DNA from: an archaeon
GTDB lineage: Archaea; Nanobdellota; Nanobdellia; Pacearchaeales; GW2011-AR1
Assembly (NCBI GenBank): GCA_043810775.1
Contig: JBDRNU010000006.1
Location: 1-33,239, forward strand
Length of the DNA: 33,239 nt
Direction of reading: 5' to 3'
Shown: piece after piece, positions 1 to 9,276 of the stretch
How the letters are laid out: every line of letters starts with the position of its first letter
How positions within the stretch are numbered: position 1 is the stretch's first letter
Translations under genes and position numbers: made by a program
Notes under the pieces: model-generated
What the model was told of the DNA's origin: nothing
Seen by the model: the letters and a program-made list of their open reading frames with translations, nothing else
The model's database searches: none

Positions 1-53
1 TAATCATCTTATTCTTTAGAAAGGTTTTTTAGGAAGAAATATATAATGTTAAT

Positions 54-590
54 ATGGAAAAGATAAGAATTGAGCCTCTATCTCACTCAACCTTGGATAA
101 AACAAGCAAGCTAGCAATGAATGTTTTTGAAAGTAAAGTCAAGGATGAGGATTATCCCCCAAAATGGTTTAAAGCTAGTTTAGATTTTGAGAAAAACAAA
201 AAAATTCATCAAGAATTTGATGTGACAAGTTCAAGATACTGGGTAGCACTAGTAAATAAGGAAGTTCTAGGGGTTATTGGATTATACACTCTCTTATATG
301 ATGAAAATGAGGCTTACTGGATTGGTTGGTACTGTGTTGATGATAAATCCAGGGGAAAAGGAATTGGCAAGGCACTTCTTGATTTTGCTATAAATAAAGC
401 AAAACAGGACAATAAAAAATATATAAGATTATACACCTCTAAAGAATCTAATGAAAAAAGAGCAAATGAAATATATGATAAATTAGGATTCAAACTTATG
501 AAAAAAGAAAAATTAAATAGATTAGTAACAAGTGAAAGATTTAGAGAATTCCTAGAAAACTATATATATAAGGAATTAAAATTAGAGTAA
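54..590 (+). CDS. GNAT family N-acetyltransferase
   Basis: Acetyl-CoA binding motif V-DDKSRGKGIGKALL and C-terminal N--A--IYDKLGF. Confidence 0.9.
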   Translation: MEKIRIEPLSHSTLDKTSKLAMNVFESKVKDEDYPPKWFKASLDFEKNKKIHQEFDVTSSRYWVALVNKEVLGVIGLYTLLYDENEAYWIGWYCVDDKSRGKGIGKALLDFAINKAKQDNKKYIRLYTSKESNEKRANEIYDKLGFKLMKKEKLNRLVTSERFREFLENYIYKELKLE

Positions 591-602
591 TCAGCTAATC
601 TT

Positions 603-1808
603 TTACTCATACCTCAGAGCATCTACGGGATTTATTCTTGAAGCTCTTACAGCTGGAAACACTCCTGAAACTGCACCAGTTATTGTTGCGAAAAGAATGC
701 AGCCTATAAACAATGAAAAAGGAAACGCCGGCTCTAAAAATCCATATCCCAAGCCATCTAAAATTCTTCCCCCAGCGTAACTTGCTGAAAATCCAACCAG
801 CACTCCCACCACACCAGCAATAAATCCTAAAAATGCAGATTCAAATAAAAATATTCCAAGCACATCAGAATTTCTTGCTCCAATGCTTTTTATAATTCCA
901 ATTTCTTTTACTCTTTCCAGCACAGAGGTAATCATAGTATTTGCAGTATTGACTGCAGATACTAGCACAGAAATTAGTGCAATTAGCACTATAAAGCCAA
1001 TAGCAATGTTCAAAGCTGAAGAAAAGCCCTCAATCATATCATCAAAAGACTGGACAAAAAAATCCTCCTTCCCAACATCTAAGTTTCTTTCAGCCCTCAA
1101 CGCCTTTTCAATTCTTTCAACTGCATTATCAATATCATCTACATCAACTCTTGCAATGATATATCCATAAGAAAGATTTTCTTCTGCATAAAACTCTTCC
1201 ATATAATCATTATCCATATACACTTGAGCGTCATCAGGAGCACTTCCAACTTTTTCAAAAAATCCCACTACCTTAACATCCTGCCCATTAATCTCAATAT
1301 TCTGGTTTAGCCTTATTGCTTTTGGAAATATTTTGTCATCAACCATATAATTATATCCTAGAACAACCTCTCTCTTTCCCTGGTTAAATTGCCTGCCCTT
1401 TAAAATATCAATATTTGAAACCTCCATCACTAGTGGACTTTTAGAGTCATAACTAATCAATAAAGTATACAATCTTTTTTCCTGAGCCTTGACTTCAATA
1501 GTTCTAAAATAATTACCAGTTACTTCATAAACTCCTGCGACTCTTTCAATAGCTCTTATGTCATCATCCCCAAAATGAACATTGCTTTCAAACAGTGCAA
1601 AAGTGCCCCCTTTAGCCTGGATTATAAGCTTATCTGCAGAGCTTCCCTGAGTGAGCTCTTCTATGTAAGTGTAAAGCCCGAGGCCAAAACTAATAAATAT
1701 AAAAATTGTTGTAATTCCCAGAAAAATAGATAAGACTGTAAAAAAACTTCTCGCTTTTCTTTGTTTCAAGTTTCTTAGCGAGTATTTTACTGTTTGTTTT
1801 GAGATCAT
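603..1808 (-). CDS. ABC transporter permease, MacB/FtsX (SalY) family
   Basis: N-terminal TM, large extracellular loop, SVLERVKEIGIIKSIGAR motif, C-terminal INPVDALRYE. Confidence 0.93.
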   Translation of the reverse strand: MISKQTVKYSLRNLKQRKARSFFTVLSIFLGITTIFIFISFGLGLYTYIEELTQGSSADKLIIQAKGGTFALFESNVHFGDDDIRAIERVAGVYEVTGNYFRTIEVKAQEKRLYTLLISYDSKSPLVMEVSNIDILKGRQFNQGKREVVLGYNYMVDDKIFPKAIRLNQNIEINGQDVKVVGFFEKVGSAPDDAQVYMDNDYMEEFYAEENLSYGYIIARVDVDDIDNAVERIEKALRAERNLDVGKEDFFVQSFDDMIEGFSSALNIAIGFIVLIALISVLVSAVNTANTMITSVLERVKEIGIIKSIGARNSDVLGIFLFESAFLGFIAGVVGVLVGFSASYAGGRILDGLGYGFLEPAFPFSLFIGCILFATITGAVSGVFPAVRASRINPVDALRYE

Positions 1809-2299
1809 CTTTTGTTTTCTTCCCCAATAAATTTAACTATTTCTTTAAGCACTTCTTCAATAGGTAAATCAGAAGTATCAATAACTCTTCCTCTAACTTG
1901 CTTAATTTGTTTTCTTAATTCCATCAAATTTTCTAAATCTTCAATAACATCTTGAGAAGACCCCCTATTAGCTAGTCGTTTCCCCCTTTCTTTTTCATTA
2001 ACATCTAATAAACAAAAAGTAATTTTTTCTAGTTTTTTAAATTCAACCATATTTTTAATTTCTTTTGGAAAACATAATCCAATAATGCAAGTTTGAATAT
2101 CTTTTTTCTGATTTTCAATTGCCTTTTTCAGCCAATACAAAGTGGTATTTAATCTCCATTGAATAGTTGGATTTAAAGGAACACCTAATTCATCAAAATC
2201 ATGAGTATCTATTTTAGGAAATGCTTTTTTAATTTTTTCCAATACACTACTTTTACCAACACCCTCTGCACCTATAATAAAATAATTTCCTATTTTCAT
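1805..2299 (-). CDS. Small P-loop NTPase, nucleotide-kinase-like
   Basis: Walker A GAEGVGKS and lid-like R--RL--RG; start placed at ATG 2299, which overlaps the upstream stop (ATGA). Confidence 0.75.
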   Translation of the reverse strand: MKIGNYFIIGAEGVGKSSVLEKIKKAFPKIDTHDFDELGVPLNPTIQWRLNTTLYWLKKAIENQKKDIQTCIIGLCFPKEIKNMVEFKKLEKITFCLLDVNEKERGKRLANRGSSQDVIEDLENLMELRKQIKQVRGRVIDTSDLPIEEVLKEIVKFIGEENKR

Positions 2300-2847
2300 T
2301 TTAAATAACCCCAATGAGTCCATTCTGGAAAATATGGTTTGAATCCAGCTTTTTTCATAACTTTTTTCAAGAGTCTTCTATTGTCTCTTATTTTCTTTTC
2401 TCGCTTTGTGAGGCTTTTTTTATTTTCATAATAATTTAAAGAATCTCTTTCATCGAATTTCTCTCCCCCCATGTCTAGTTCTTTCCCTTTTTCATCAATT
2501 ATTGTTAAATCAACTGCTCCACCGTGTCTGTGGGTATTCATTGGGGTTTTCTGTTTTAAAACTTGGTATCCTCCTGTGAATTTTATGAGCATTTTTTTCC
2601 AATTTTCTGCATCTCTATTTTTGAAGTCTTTTGCGCATATGTCTATAATTCTCTTTTGGTCAGCAATCGATCTTTTTGCATCTAAGATTTTAAAATTATA
2701 TTTCTTTGGCAAAGATTCTTTAGATTTTACTAAGGCTTTTGCTACTGATTCTCTTGCAAACATATTTTTTGCTTTTGTATAATTCCTCCTCTTTCTATTA
2801 TCTAAAATAAATCCATATTTTTTTAGATTCACTAATTTTATTTTCAT
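2296..2847 (-). CDS. D-Ala-D-Ala dipeptidase-like metallopeptidase (VanX/DdpX, M15D family)
   Basis: D-AKRS, THRHGGAVDLTI, LDMG--FD, NRRLL---M---GF and EWTHW match the VanX layout (SxHxxGxAxD, EWWH). Confidence 0.85.
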   Translation of the reverse strand: MKIKLVNLKKYGFILDNRKRRNYTKAKNMFARESVAKALVKSKESLPKKYNFKILDAKRSIADQKRIIDICAKDFKNRDAENWKKMLIKFTGGYQVLKQKTPMNTHRHGGAVDLTIIDEKGKELDMGGEKFDERDSLNYYENKKSLTKREKKIRDNRRLLKKVMKKAGFKPYFPEWTHWGYLK

Positions 2848-4055
2848 CCTCGCAGAGCCTCCACTGGATTTTCTCTAGCTGCATTCATTGCAGGAACAAT
2901 TCCTGCAATTGCTCCGATTAAAAAGCTTCCAATTAAGGTAAATAATATCAGTAAAAAATTAATTTCAGGAGTTGATGTGCTTCCGACAAAGCTGTTAATT
3001 CCAAGAACTCCAAAATAGCCAATTATCAAACCAAAGATAATTCCTAAGATTCCCCCAATCAAGCCTAAAAATCCTGACTCAATCAGGAACATCATAAAAA
3101 TCTGGCTGTTTCTGGCTCCAATTGACTTCATTATTCCAATTTCCTTTTTTCTTTCTACTACAGAAGTAGCCATTGTATTGACTATTCCAATTGCTCCCAC
3201 AAAAATAGAAATTGAAGCTATTAGTATTATGAAAATCTGAATTGCATTTAAAACACTATTTACCTGATTTAATAATGCATCAGGCGTAGAAACTACAAAG
3301 TTTTCTTCCCCTTTTTTTACATCCCTCCTCTCTCTAAGTAATTTCTCAATATCTTCCTTAGCCTTCTCCATTAAGTCAGGACTCTTGACTTTTACTCCTA
3401 TGATATCTACTGTATCTCCTAAATCAACTAATTTCTCAAGGTCAGTATCATACATTAAGATAGCATTATCAAGTATAAAGCTTCCCTGTCTTTCTAAAAC
3501 TCCTATAACTATGAAAGATTTGTTTTCTATTATAAATGTTCTTCCAATTCCAAGTTCCTTATCAAAGCCATTTTTATCTTCATTTTCTTTATTGCTTCCA
3601 ATAACTACTTTTCCCAAGTCACCAGGCTGCAATAATCTTCCCCTTTCAGCTTTTAATCCCATCACTTCATACATCTCCTCTTCACTTCCAACATCCATGC
3701 TCAATATATAACCAAATTCCAGCTGGTTATTGTATTCTTGCTTTAAAAATTCCAAATTTCTCGGAGAGACAAATTCAACTGTAGATAACCTTCCAATTGC
3801 CTCTGCATCAGCTTTAGTTAGGGGATTAACAACAGTAGAGCCTGGAGATCCATAAGCAAGCCCTCCTGCCTGAACAGTTATAGCTTGTGTTGTGTCTGCT
3901 CCAAACTGCGCATTAACAGCTGCTTTTAGCCCATTACCCAGTGTAATTAAAGCAATTACAGCCATAATTCCAATAAAAACTCCAAGAAGAGTCAGCCAGC
4001 TTCTAAGACCTCTTCTTTTTAAATTTTTAAATGACATAGAAAAATAATGAACCAT
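2844..4055 (-). CDS. ABC transporter permease, MacB/FtsX (SalY) family
   Basis: LRSWLTLLGVFIG, VERKKEIGIMKSIGAR, C-terminal NPVEALRG. Confidence 0.93.
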   Translation of the reverse strand: MVHYFSMSFKNLKRRGLRSWLTLLGVFIGIMAVIALITLGNGLKAAVNAQFGADTTQAITVQAGGLAYGSPGSTVVNPLTKADAEAIGRLSTVEFVSPRNLEFLKQEYNNQLEFGYILSMDVGSEEEMYEVMGLKAERGRLLQPGDLGKVVIGSNKENEDKNGFDKELGIGRTFIIENKSFIVIGVLERQGSFILDNAILMYDTDLEKLVDLGDTVDIIGVKVKSPDLMEKAKEDIEKLLRERRDVKKGEENFVVSTPDALLNQVNSVLNAIQIFIILIASISIFVGAIGIVNTMATSVVERKKEIGIMKSIGARNSQIFMMFLIESGFLGLIGGILGIIFGLIIGYFGVLGINSFVGSTSTPEINFLLILFTLIGSFLIGAIAGIVPAMNAARENPVEALRG

Positions 4056-4056
4056 T

Positions 4057-4752
4057 TTATGCTCTTTTTTTAGTTACTTTCTCTACCTTCCCATCTTTAA
4101 GCCAGTAAATTATTTCAGCGTGTTTTGCTATATCGGGATCATGAGTAACCATAATCACAGTTTTCCCCTCTTTATTTAGTGCTTTAAGAAAATCCATAAC
4201 TCTTTCCCCGGTTTTAGTGTCAAGATTTCCAGTTGGCTCATCAGCCAGTATTACTTCAGGGTCATTTGCCAGAGCTCTTGCAATTGCCACTCTTTGTTGC
4301 TGCCCTCCTGAAAGCTGTCCAGGATAAAAATCCATCCTGTCTTTTAATCCAACTTTGTCCAGGATTTCTTCAGCTACTTCTTCCATCTCTTTGTTAGAGA
4401 TTCCCTGAAAATCCATGGGAAGCATAACATTTTCTTTAACAGTTAAATTAGGAATTAAATTAAACTGCTGAAAAATAAATCCCACCTTATTTCCTCTTAG
4501 TTCAGCAAGGTCTGATTCACTAAGATAAGAAATATCCTCTCCATCAAGAAAAATAGCACCTTTTGTGGGAACATCTAAACTTCCTATCAAGTTCATGCAA
4601 GTGCTTTTACCAGAACCAGAAGGGCCCATTACTGCAATAAAATCCCCTTTTTTTACCGCAATATCAACCCCATCAACCGCTCTGACAATACTATCTCCCA
4701 TCTGATAGTATTTAGCTACCTTTTTGAGTTTAATCACCTCTTGTTTTTCCAT
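4057..4752 (-). CDS. ABC transporter ATP-binding protein, LolD/MacB (SalX) family
   Basis: [33 protein letters not shown]. Confidence 0.96.
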   Translation of the reverse strand: MEKQEVIKLKKVAKYYQMGDSIVRAVDGVDIAVKKGDFIAVMGPSGSGKSTCMNLIGSLDVPTKGAIFLDGEDISYLSESDLAELRGNKVGFIFQQFNLIPNLTVKENVMLPMDFQGISNKEMEEVAEEILDKVGLKDRMDFYPGQLSGGQQQRVAIARALANDPEVILADEPTGNLDTKTGERVMDFLKALNKEGKTVIMVTHDPDIAKHAEIIYWLKDGKVEKVTKKRA

Positions 4753-4793
4753 AGCTTAAAAAGAAGTTTTAATTATTTAAAGTTATCACTATT

Positions 4794-5411
4794 CTATAAT
4801 GTAGCTGACTTAAGCTTCCAGATTCCATGGTCTAAAGTAGTTGCTTCAAGCCCAAGTTTTTTTGCACTATCTTCAACAATTTTTACCACCTCTTCATCTG
4901 AAACTTTCTTTCCCAAAACCTTTTCTACTGCTCTATGTAAATGCACATCTGGTTTTACAGTTGAAACTCCCAATAGCATGCGAATATACTGTGTTGTTTT
5001 AAATCCAATTCCTTTTACGGGAATTTTGCCAGAATTTTCAGCCCAGTGCTTCATAGCTTTAATATCCGAGCCAAATCTATTTTGTTGCCTGTATCTGATA
5101 AAAAATTCAGTAAGCTTTCTTAAAAGTTCTGCTCTTTGAGTGTGTTTATAATTCCATAGTTTTATGAAATAATTTTGTTTTTTTGCAACTAATTCATGCA
5201 GATCTTTTAGTTTATCAGTGTTCTTCAAGTCTACTCTGAGTTTTTCTATTCTTGGCTTTGCAAAAGAATCATACTGTCTATTAATTGATAGTACAGCATC
5301 AATTAAAATTAAGTTAGGATTATCATATCCAAAATTTTCAGGATTCACAGTCAAGTCTAGCTCCTGCTCTTTTATCCAATCTAAAAATAAATCCACATCT
5401 TCTTTAGTCAT
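4794..5411 (-). CDS. Hypothetical protein with helix-hairpin-helix (HhH-GPD glycosylase-like) signature
   Basis: VKGIGFKT HhH motif followed by KPDVHL and LDHGIW. Confidence 0.6.
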   Translation of the reverse strand: MTKEDVDLFLDWIKEQELDLTVNPENFGYDNPNLILIDAVLSINRQYDSFAKPRIEKLRVDLKNTDKLKDLHELVAKKQNYFIKLWNYKHTQRAELLRKLTEFFIRYRQQNRFGSDIKAMKHWAENSGKIPVKGIGFKTTQYIRMLLGVSTVKPDVHLHRAVEKVLGKKVSDEEVVKIVEDSAKKLGLEATTLDHGIWKLKSATL

Positions 5412-5441
5412 TATTTTTTATATTTTAGAGCTATTTAATAC

Positions 5442-6596
5442 TTACTGAACCATATCAACTTCAATTTCAGATAGCTTCTTGGCAATTACTCCTAGAGCTT
5501 CTTTTTTGCTTTCCCCTAGTTTTTCCCGCTTCTTTTCGTCTTTATATCTTTTGACTTCTATCTCATTAATATCCTCTTTTAATAATTTTATATCCTCTTC
5601 TATTTTTTCTAACTCATCCTTGCCTATACTAATTTTTTCAATATCAGACTTTTTGGTGTTTATTATTTTTAACTTTTCAAGTACCTTTGTTTTATCAAGA
5701 CTAGTTTCATTTAACAGTTCAATTATCTCCTTTCCATTATTTTTCTCAACAATCTCATTAAAGTCTTCTCTGCATTTTTTCAAGGACCTCATTTTTTTCT
5801 CATCAGAATGAAAGATTCCAGCCATCTGCTTAAAATCAAACATTTCCTTAAGTTCAAATATTTCTCTTTTTAGTCTAATATTCTCTTGATTAAGCTGTTC
5901 CTTTTTCTTTAAGTGCTCCTGATACTTTCCAGTTTTACTTACCTTTTCCTTTTCTTGATTCTTATTTTCAATTTTTTTATTGAGATTACTAATTTCTTGT
6001 TCATGGTTTAAGATTTTTCCATCAAAATCTTTTTTTAGCTTATCAAGATTAGCCATTTCCCCTATTTTACTGTCCAGCAAGTTAACTGTCTTTGATTCTT
6101 TTTCAAGCTCTTTATTCTCACTTCTTATCTCTTCAAGTGATTTAAAAAAGCTAGACAGGCTTTTTTTAACTTCACCAAGCTCTTTCCCTATAAGGTATGT
6201 GGCTTTTTGAAAGCTAATAGAGGATTTTTTTTCAAAATTATAAATAACTAAATTTACTCTTTCTATAAGTGCTTCTGGATTTTCATAATTTAAACTTTTC
6301 AGGCTTTCAACTAGCTTTTCAAGATAGATAATATAATTATTTAAGTTTTCTTTTACAATTAGCTGGACTTTTTCCCGCTCCTTTATCTTATTTACATCTA
6401 TCTTCTCCAGTGTATTTTTTTCATCTTCAAGCTCCTTAACTAATTGGATTATTTTTGTCTTTATTTTGTTTAAGAAAACTTTTTCTTTTTCTTCAGTCTC
6501 TTTTTTCCTTGCTTTTATCCAGCTATCCAGCTCACTAATTTTTACACTCTCCTTTTCTAGTTGCCTTTTTTGCCTGAAAATATCCCAAAATCCCAT
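5442..6596 (-). CDS. Hypothetical coiled-coil protein
   Basis: 384-aa ORF, E/K/L/I-rich with heptad character; no catalytic motif seen. Confidence 0.7.
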   Translation of the reverse strand: MGFWDIFRQKRQLEKESVKISELDSWIKARKKETEEKEKVFLNKIKTKIIQLVKELEDEKNTLEKIDVNKIKEREKVQLIVKENLNNYIIYLEKLVESLKSLNYENPEALIERVNLVIYNFEKKSSISFQKATYLIGKELGEVKKSLSSFFKSLEEIRSENKELEKESKTVNLLDSKIGEMANLDKLKKDFDGKILNHEQEISNLNKKIENKNQEKEKVSKTGKYQEHLKKKEQLNQENIRLKREIFELKEMFDFKQMAGIFHSDEKKMRSLKKCREDFNEIVEKNNGKEIIELLNETSLDKTKVLEKLKIINTKKSDIEKISIGKDELEKIEEDIKLLKEDINEIEVKRYKDEKKREKLGESKKEALGVIAKKLSEIEVDMVQ

Positions 6597-6717
6597 AATA
6601 ATCTATGATTATTTGTAATATAAGATTATTGGAAGTCAGGAGTTAGGTTTTTAAACTAAAAATTCATTGTAAAAATGAGGAAAATAAAGTAAATCATATT
6701 ACTTGTTTCTTTTAAAC

Positions 6718-7929
6718 ATGAAAGATTTTAAAGAGCTCGGTTTGACCGACGAGATTTTGAAAGTAGTTGCCGAGTTAAATTTTGATAAACCAAGCGAAAT
6801 TCAGGAAAAATCAATTCCCCTAGTCTTACAAGGAAAAGATATTATTGCAGGCAGTGCTACTGGTTCTGGCAAAACTCTTATTTTTGCCTCTGGCATTATT
6901 CAGAATTTAAAACCAGCTAAAAAGGTTCAGGCGCTGATTATAACGCCCACTCGTGAGCTTTCTGAACAGATTACCCAGGCACTAAGAATATTTTCAAAGT
7001 ACAAGCCAATGAATATAATCTCAATTTATGGAGGAGTTTCAATTATTCCCCAGATTAAGCAGGTTAAAACTGCTGATATTGTAATAGGCACCCCAGGACG
7101 AATCTTAGACCATCTTAGAAGAGAAACACTCTTGCTGGATAATCTTAAAATTCTTGTTTTAGATGAAGCTGACAGAATGCTTGACATGGGATTTATAGAT
7201 GATATGAAGGAGATAATTAAAGCCTGCCCTAAAAAAAGACAGACTTTACTGTTTTCAGCCACAATTGACCAAGATGTAGTCCATATATCTCAGAAATATA
7301 TGAGTAATCCAGTTGAAGTATCTGCAGAATCCTATGTTTCAGCTGAGCATCTCGAGCAGATTTATTATGATGTTCCCTCACATCTTAAATTTGCTCTTTT
7401 TGTCCAGCTTCTTAAGGAAGAAAAATCAGACTTAGTAATGGTCTTTTGCAACACTAGGCACAATACAGATTTTGTAGCTAAAAATTTAAGGTTTCAGAAA
7501 ATACAGTCACTTGCAATTCACGGAGGTTTTTCACAGAATAAGAGGAGTTATACTTTAAGTGAGTTTCATAAAAAGAATATCCAGGTTTTAGTATGCACTG
7601 ATGTTGCTGCTCGTGGTCTGGACATTAAAGGAATATCCCATATATATAATTATGACATGCCCAAGACTAGTGAAGAATATATTCATAGAATTGGAAGAAC
7701 CGCTCGAGCTGGAAAAAATGGAAAAGTTATTAATATAGTTTCAAGCAGAGATTACGACAATCTTAGCAATGTTCTTAAAGATGAATCTATAAAAATTATT
7801 GAGCAGAAACTTCCAAGAATTCAGGAAGTAGCTTTTAGGAGATTTGACAGGCCTTATAGCTCTAATAGGAGATTTTCATCTCAAGGTAAAAGGCAATATA
7901 GCAGTAATTTTCAGAAAAAGCGCAGATAA
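6718..7929 (+). CDS. DEAD-box ATP-dependent RNA helicase
   Basis: Q motif, ATGSGKT, PTREL, TPGR, DEAD, SAT, ARGLD, HRIGRTAR, basic tail; start moved to ATG 6718. Confidence 0.96.
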   Translation: MKDFKELGLTDEILKVVAELNFDKPSEIQEKSIPLVLQGKDIIAGSATGSGKTLIFASGIIQNLKPAKKVQALIITPTRELSEQITQALRIFSKYKPMNIISIYGGVSIIPQIKQVKTADIVIGTPGRILDHLRRETLLLDNLKILVLDEADRMLDMGFIDDMKEIIKACPKKRQTLLFSATIDQDVVHISQKYMSNPVEVSAESYVSAEHLEQIYYDVPSHLKFALFVQLLKEEKSDLVMVFCNTRHNTDFVAKNLRFQKIQSLAIHGGFSQNKRSYTLSEFHKKNIQVLVCTDVAARGLDIKGISHIYNYDMPKTSEEYIHRIGRTARAGKNGKVINIVSSRDYDNLSNVLKDESIKIIEQKLPRIQEVAFRRFDRPYSSNRRFSSQGKRQYSSNFQKKRR

Positions 7930-7970
7930 TTTTTCCAAAATCTTTTCACAAAATATCTAAATCTTTGCTT

Positions 7971-8145
7971 TTAATTCAGTTGCTTATGAATCTCCTCTAT
8001 CTCTTCATCTGTAACTAAAGAATTATAGATATGCCAGTTCTCATTGGGTTCATCATCTGTCACTCTTACTTTTTCCACTTCTACTTTTTTCAAGTATCTT
8101 TATATCCTCTAATCTCTCTTTTATTATGCACCCTTTCCACATCAT
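7971..8145 (-). pseudogene. Frameshifted small hypothetical gene
   Basis: ATGA-coupled start MMWKGCIIKERLEDIKILEK; removing one base of the A6 run (8085-8090) continues it as VEVEKVRVTDDEPNENWHIYNSLVTDEEIEEIHKQLN. Confidence 0.5.
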
Positions 8146-8618
8146 TTCATTTTCTCCCCTGTTGAAGTTACCCACCCAATATAATTATCAAGCCAGTGCT
8201 GAAATATTTTTTTATCAAATCTTTTTACTGATTCAAGTGCAACTTTTTTTGCTTTTTCAATAAATTCTTCTGACAAGTGCGCAGAAGCAAGACAGTCTGA
8301 ATCTAAGATGAATATAATCTCATTATTTTTATAAATTGCCTTAATAGGGTAGCATGCGCAATCCATAGGTTTAATTTCTTGGATTTCACATTTCCCATTA
8401 TCTGATAAGAATATACACTGATTTGTCCCATTTTTTGTTTTTAAGAGAAAGTACTCTCCACCAGAGCATTTAATTTTTTTTGTACTCTCTTCCCTCACTT
8501 TTTCATATTCATCTCTTTCCTCTTTTGTTAAAATTGGAGAGCCAATTCCTCCAACATCTTTACAGCATTTAGAATTGCAGAGAGCACAAAACTTGTATAA
8601 TGATAACTTTTCAGCCAT
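8142..8618 (-). CDS. YkgJ/CxxCxxCC family cysteine-cluster protein
   Basis: CALCNSKCC, CIFL----KCEI---KP--CACYP. Confidence 0.85.
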   Translation of the reverse strand: MAEKLSLYKFCALCNSKCCKDVGGIGSPILTKEERDEYEKVREESTKKIKCSGGEYFLLKTKNGTNQCIFLSDNGKCEIQEIKPMDCACYPIKAIYKNNEIIFILDSDCLASAHLSEEFIEKAKKVALESVKRFDKKIFQHWLDNYIGWVTSTGEKMK

Positions 8619-8652
8619 AGTTAAACTTAAGATTCAATATTTTTAATGTTTT

Positions 8653-8931
8653 CTACTTTACAACCTTCTCCCTCTTTTTGTCAACATTGAATTCAGTTGC
8701 TTTTTCACGATACTCTTTCAGCATTGCTTCAACTGTAGATTCATGATGCAAGCACTCATTGCACTCTTCTCCAAGTGTCTGTGGATGTCCGTTTTTGAAA
8801 AAAGCTCCCATGCATCCATAAACTTCATGCACAGTTCCATCTAGAGTTTGAAGACGTTCTATTACCTCTTCATATACAGGGTGCTTTTCAGGGCACATAT
8901 ATCCCCTGATTTTAACATTTCTTCTTTCCAT
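8653..8931 (-). CDS. Small Cys-containing hypothetical protein
   Basis: 92-aa ATG ORF with a TATA-like element upstream; CP, C and CxxC residues. Confidence 0.6.
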   Translation of the reverse strand: MERRNVKIRGYMCPEKHPVYEEVIERLQTLDGTVHEVYGCMGAFFKNGHPQTLGEECNECLHHESTVEAMLKEYREKATEFNVDKKREKVVK

Positions 8932-8981
8932 GATTCATACTACTCCTTAGTCTTAAAAATACAGAAATATTTTTATCTATT

Positions 8982-9182
8982 TTACTTAGATTTATCTAAT
9001 TCAACGTTTACAGCTTTTGGACCTCTATCGCCTTTTTCAACATCAAATTTTACTGAGTCCCCTTCACTAAGACTTATTCCATTCTTAAGTCCAGATTCGT
9101 GAACAAAGTAGTCTTTTCCGTCTTCAGCAGTTATAAATCCAAATGCTTTCATTTCATTAAAAAATTTAACTTTTCCTTTCAT
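8982..9182 (-). CDS. cspA: Cold-shock domain protein
   Basis: [14 protein letters not shown] (RNP1), DYFVH (RNP2), GPKAVNV. Confidence 0.95.
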   Translation of the reverse strand: MKGKVKFFNEMKAFGFITAEDGKDYFVHESGLKNGISLSEGDSVKFDVEKGDRGPKAVNVELDKSK

Positions 9183-9252
9183 GTGATTTCCTCGTACAAA
9201 TTTAATAAAAAGTAGCTTTATAAATGCATTGGTTAGTGTTACAGGGTTAATA

Positions 9253-9276
9253 TTTAAAAAGCTTGCTAAAACTCGC
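9253..9276. repeat. 24-bp direct repeat, copy 1 (TTTAAAAAGCTTGCTAAAACTCGC)
   Basis: Identical to 10155-10178. Confidence 0.9.
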
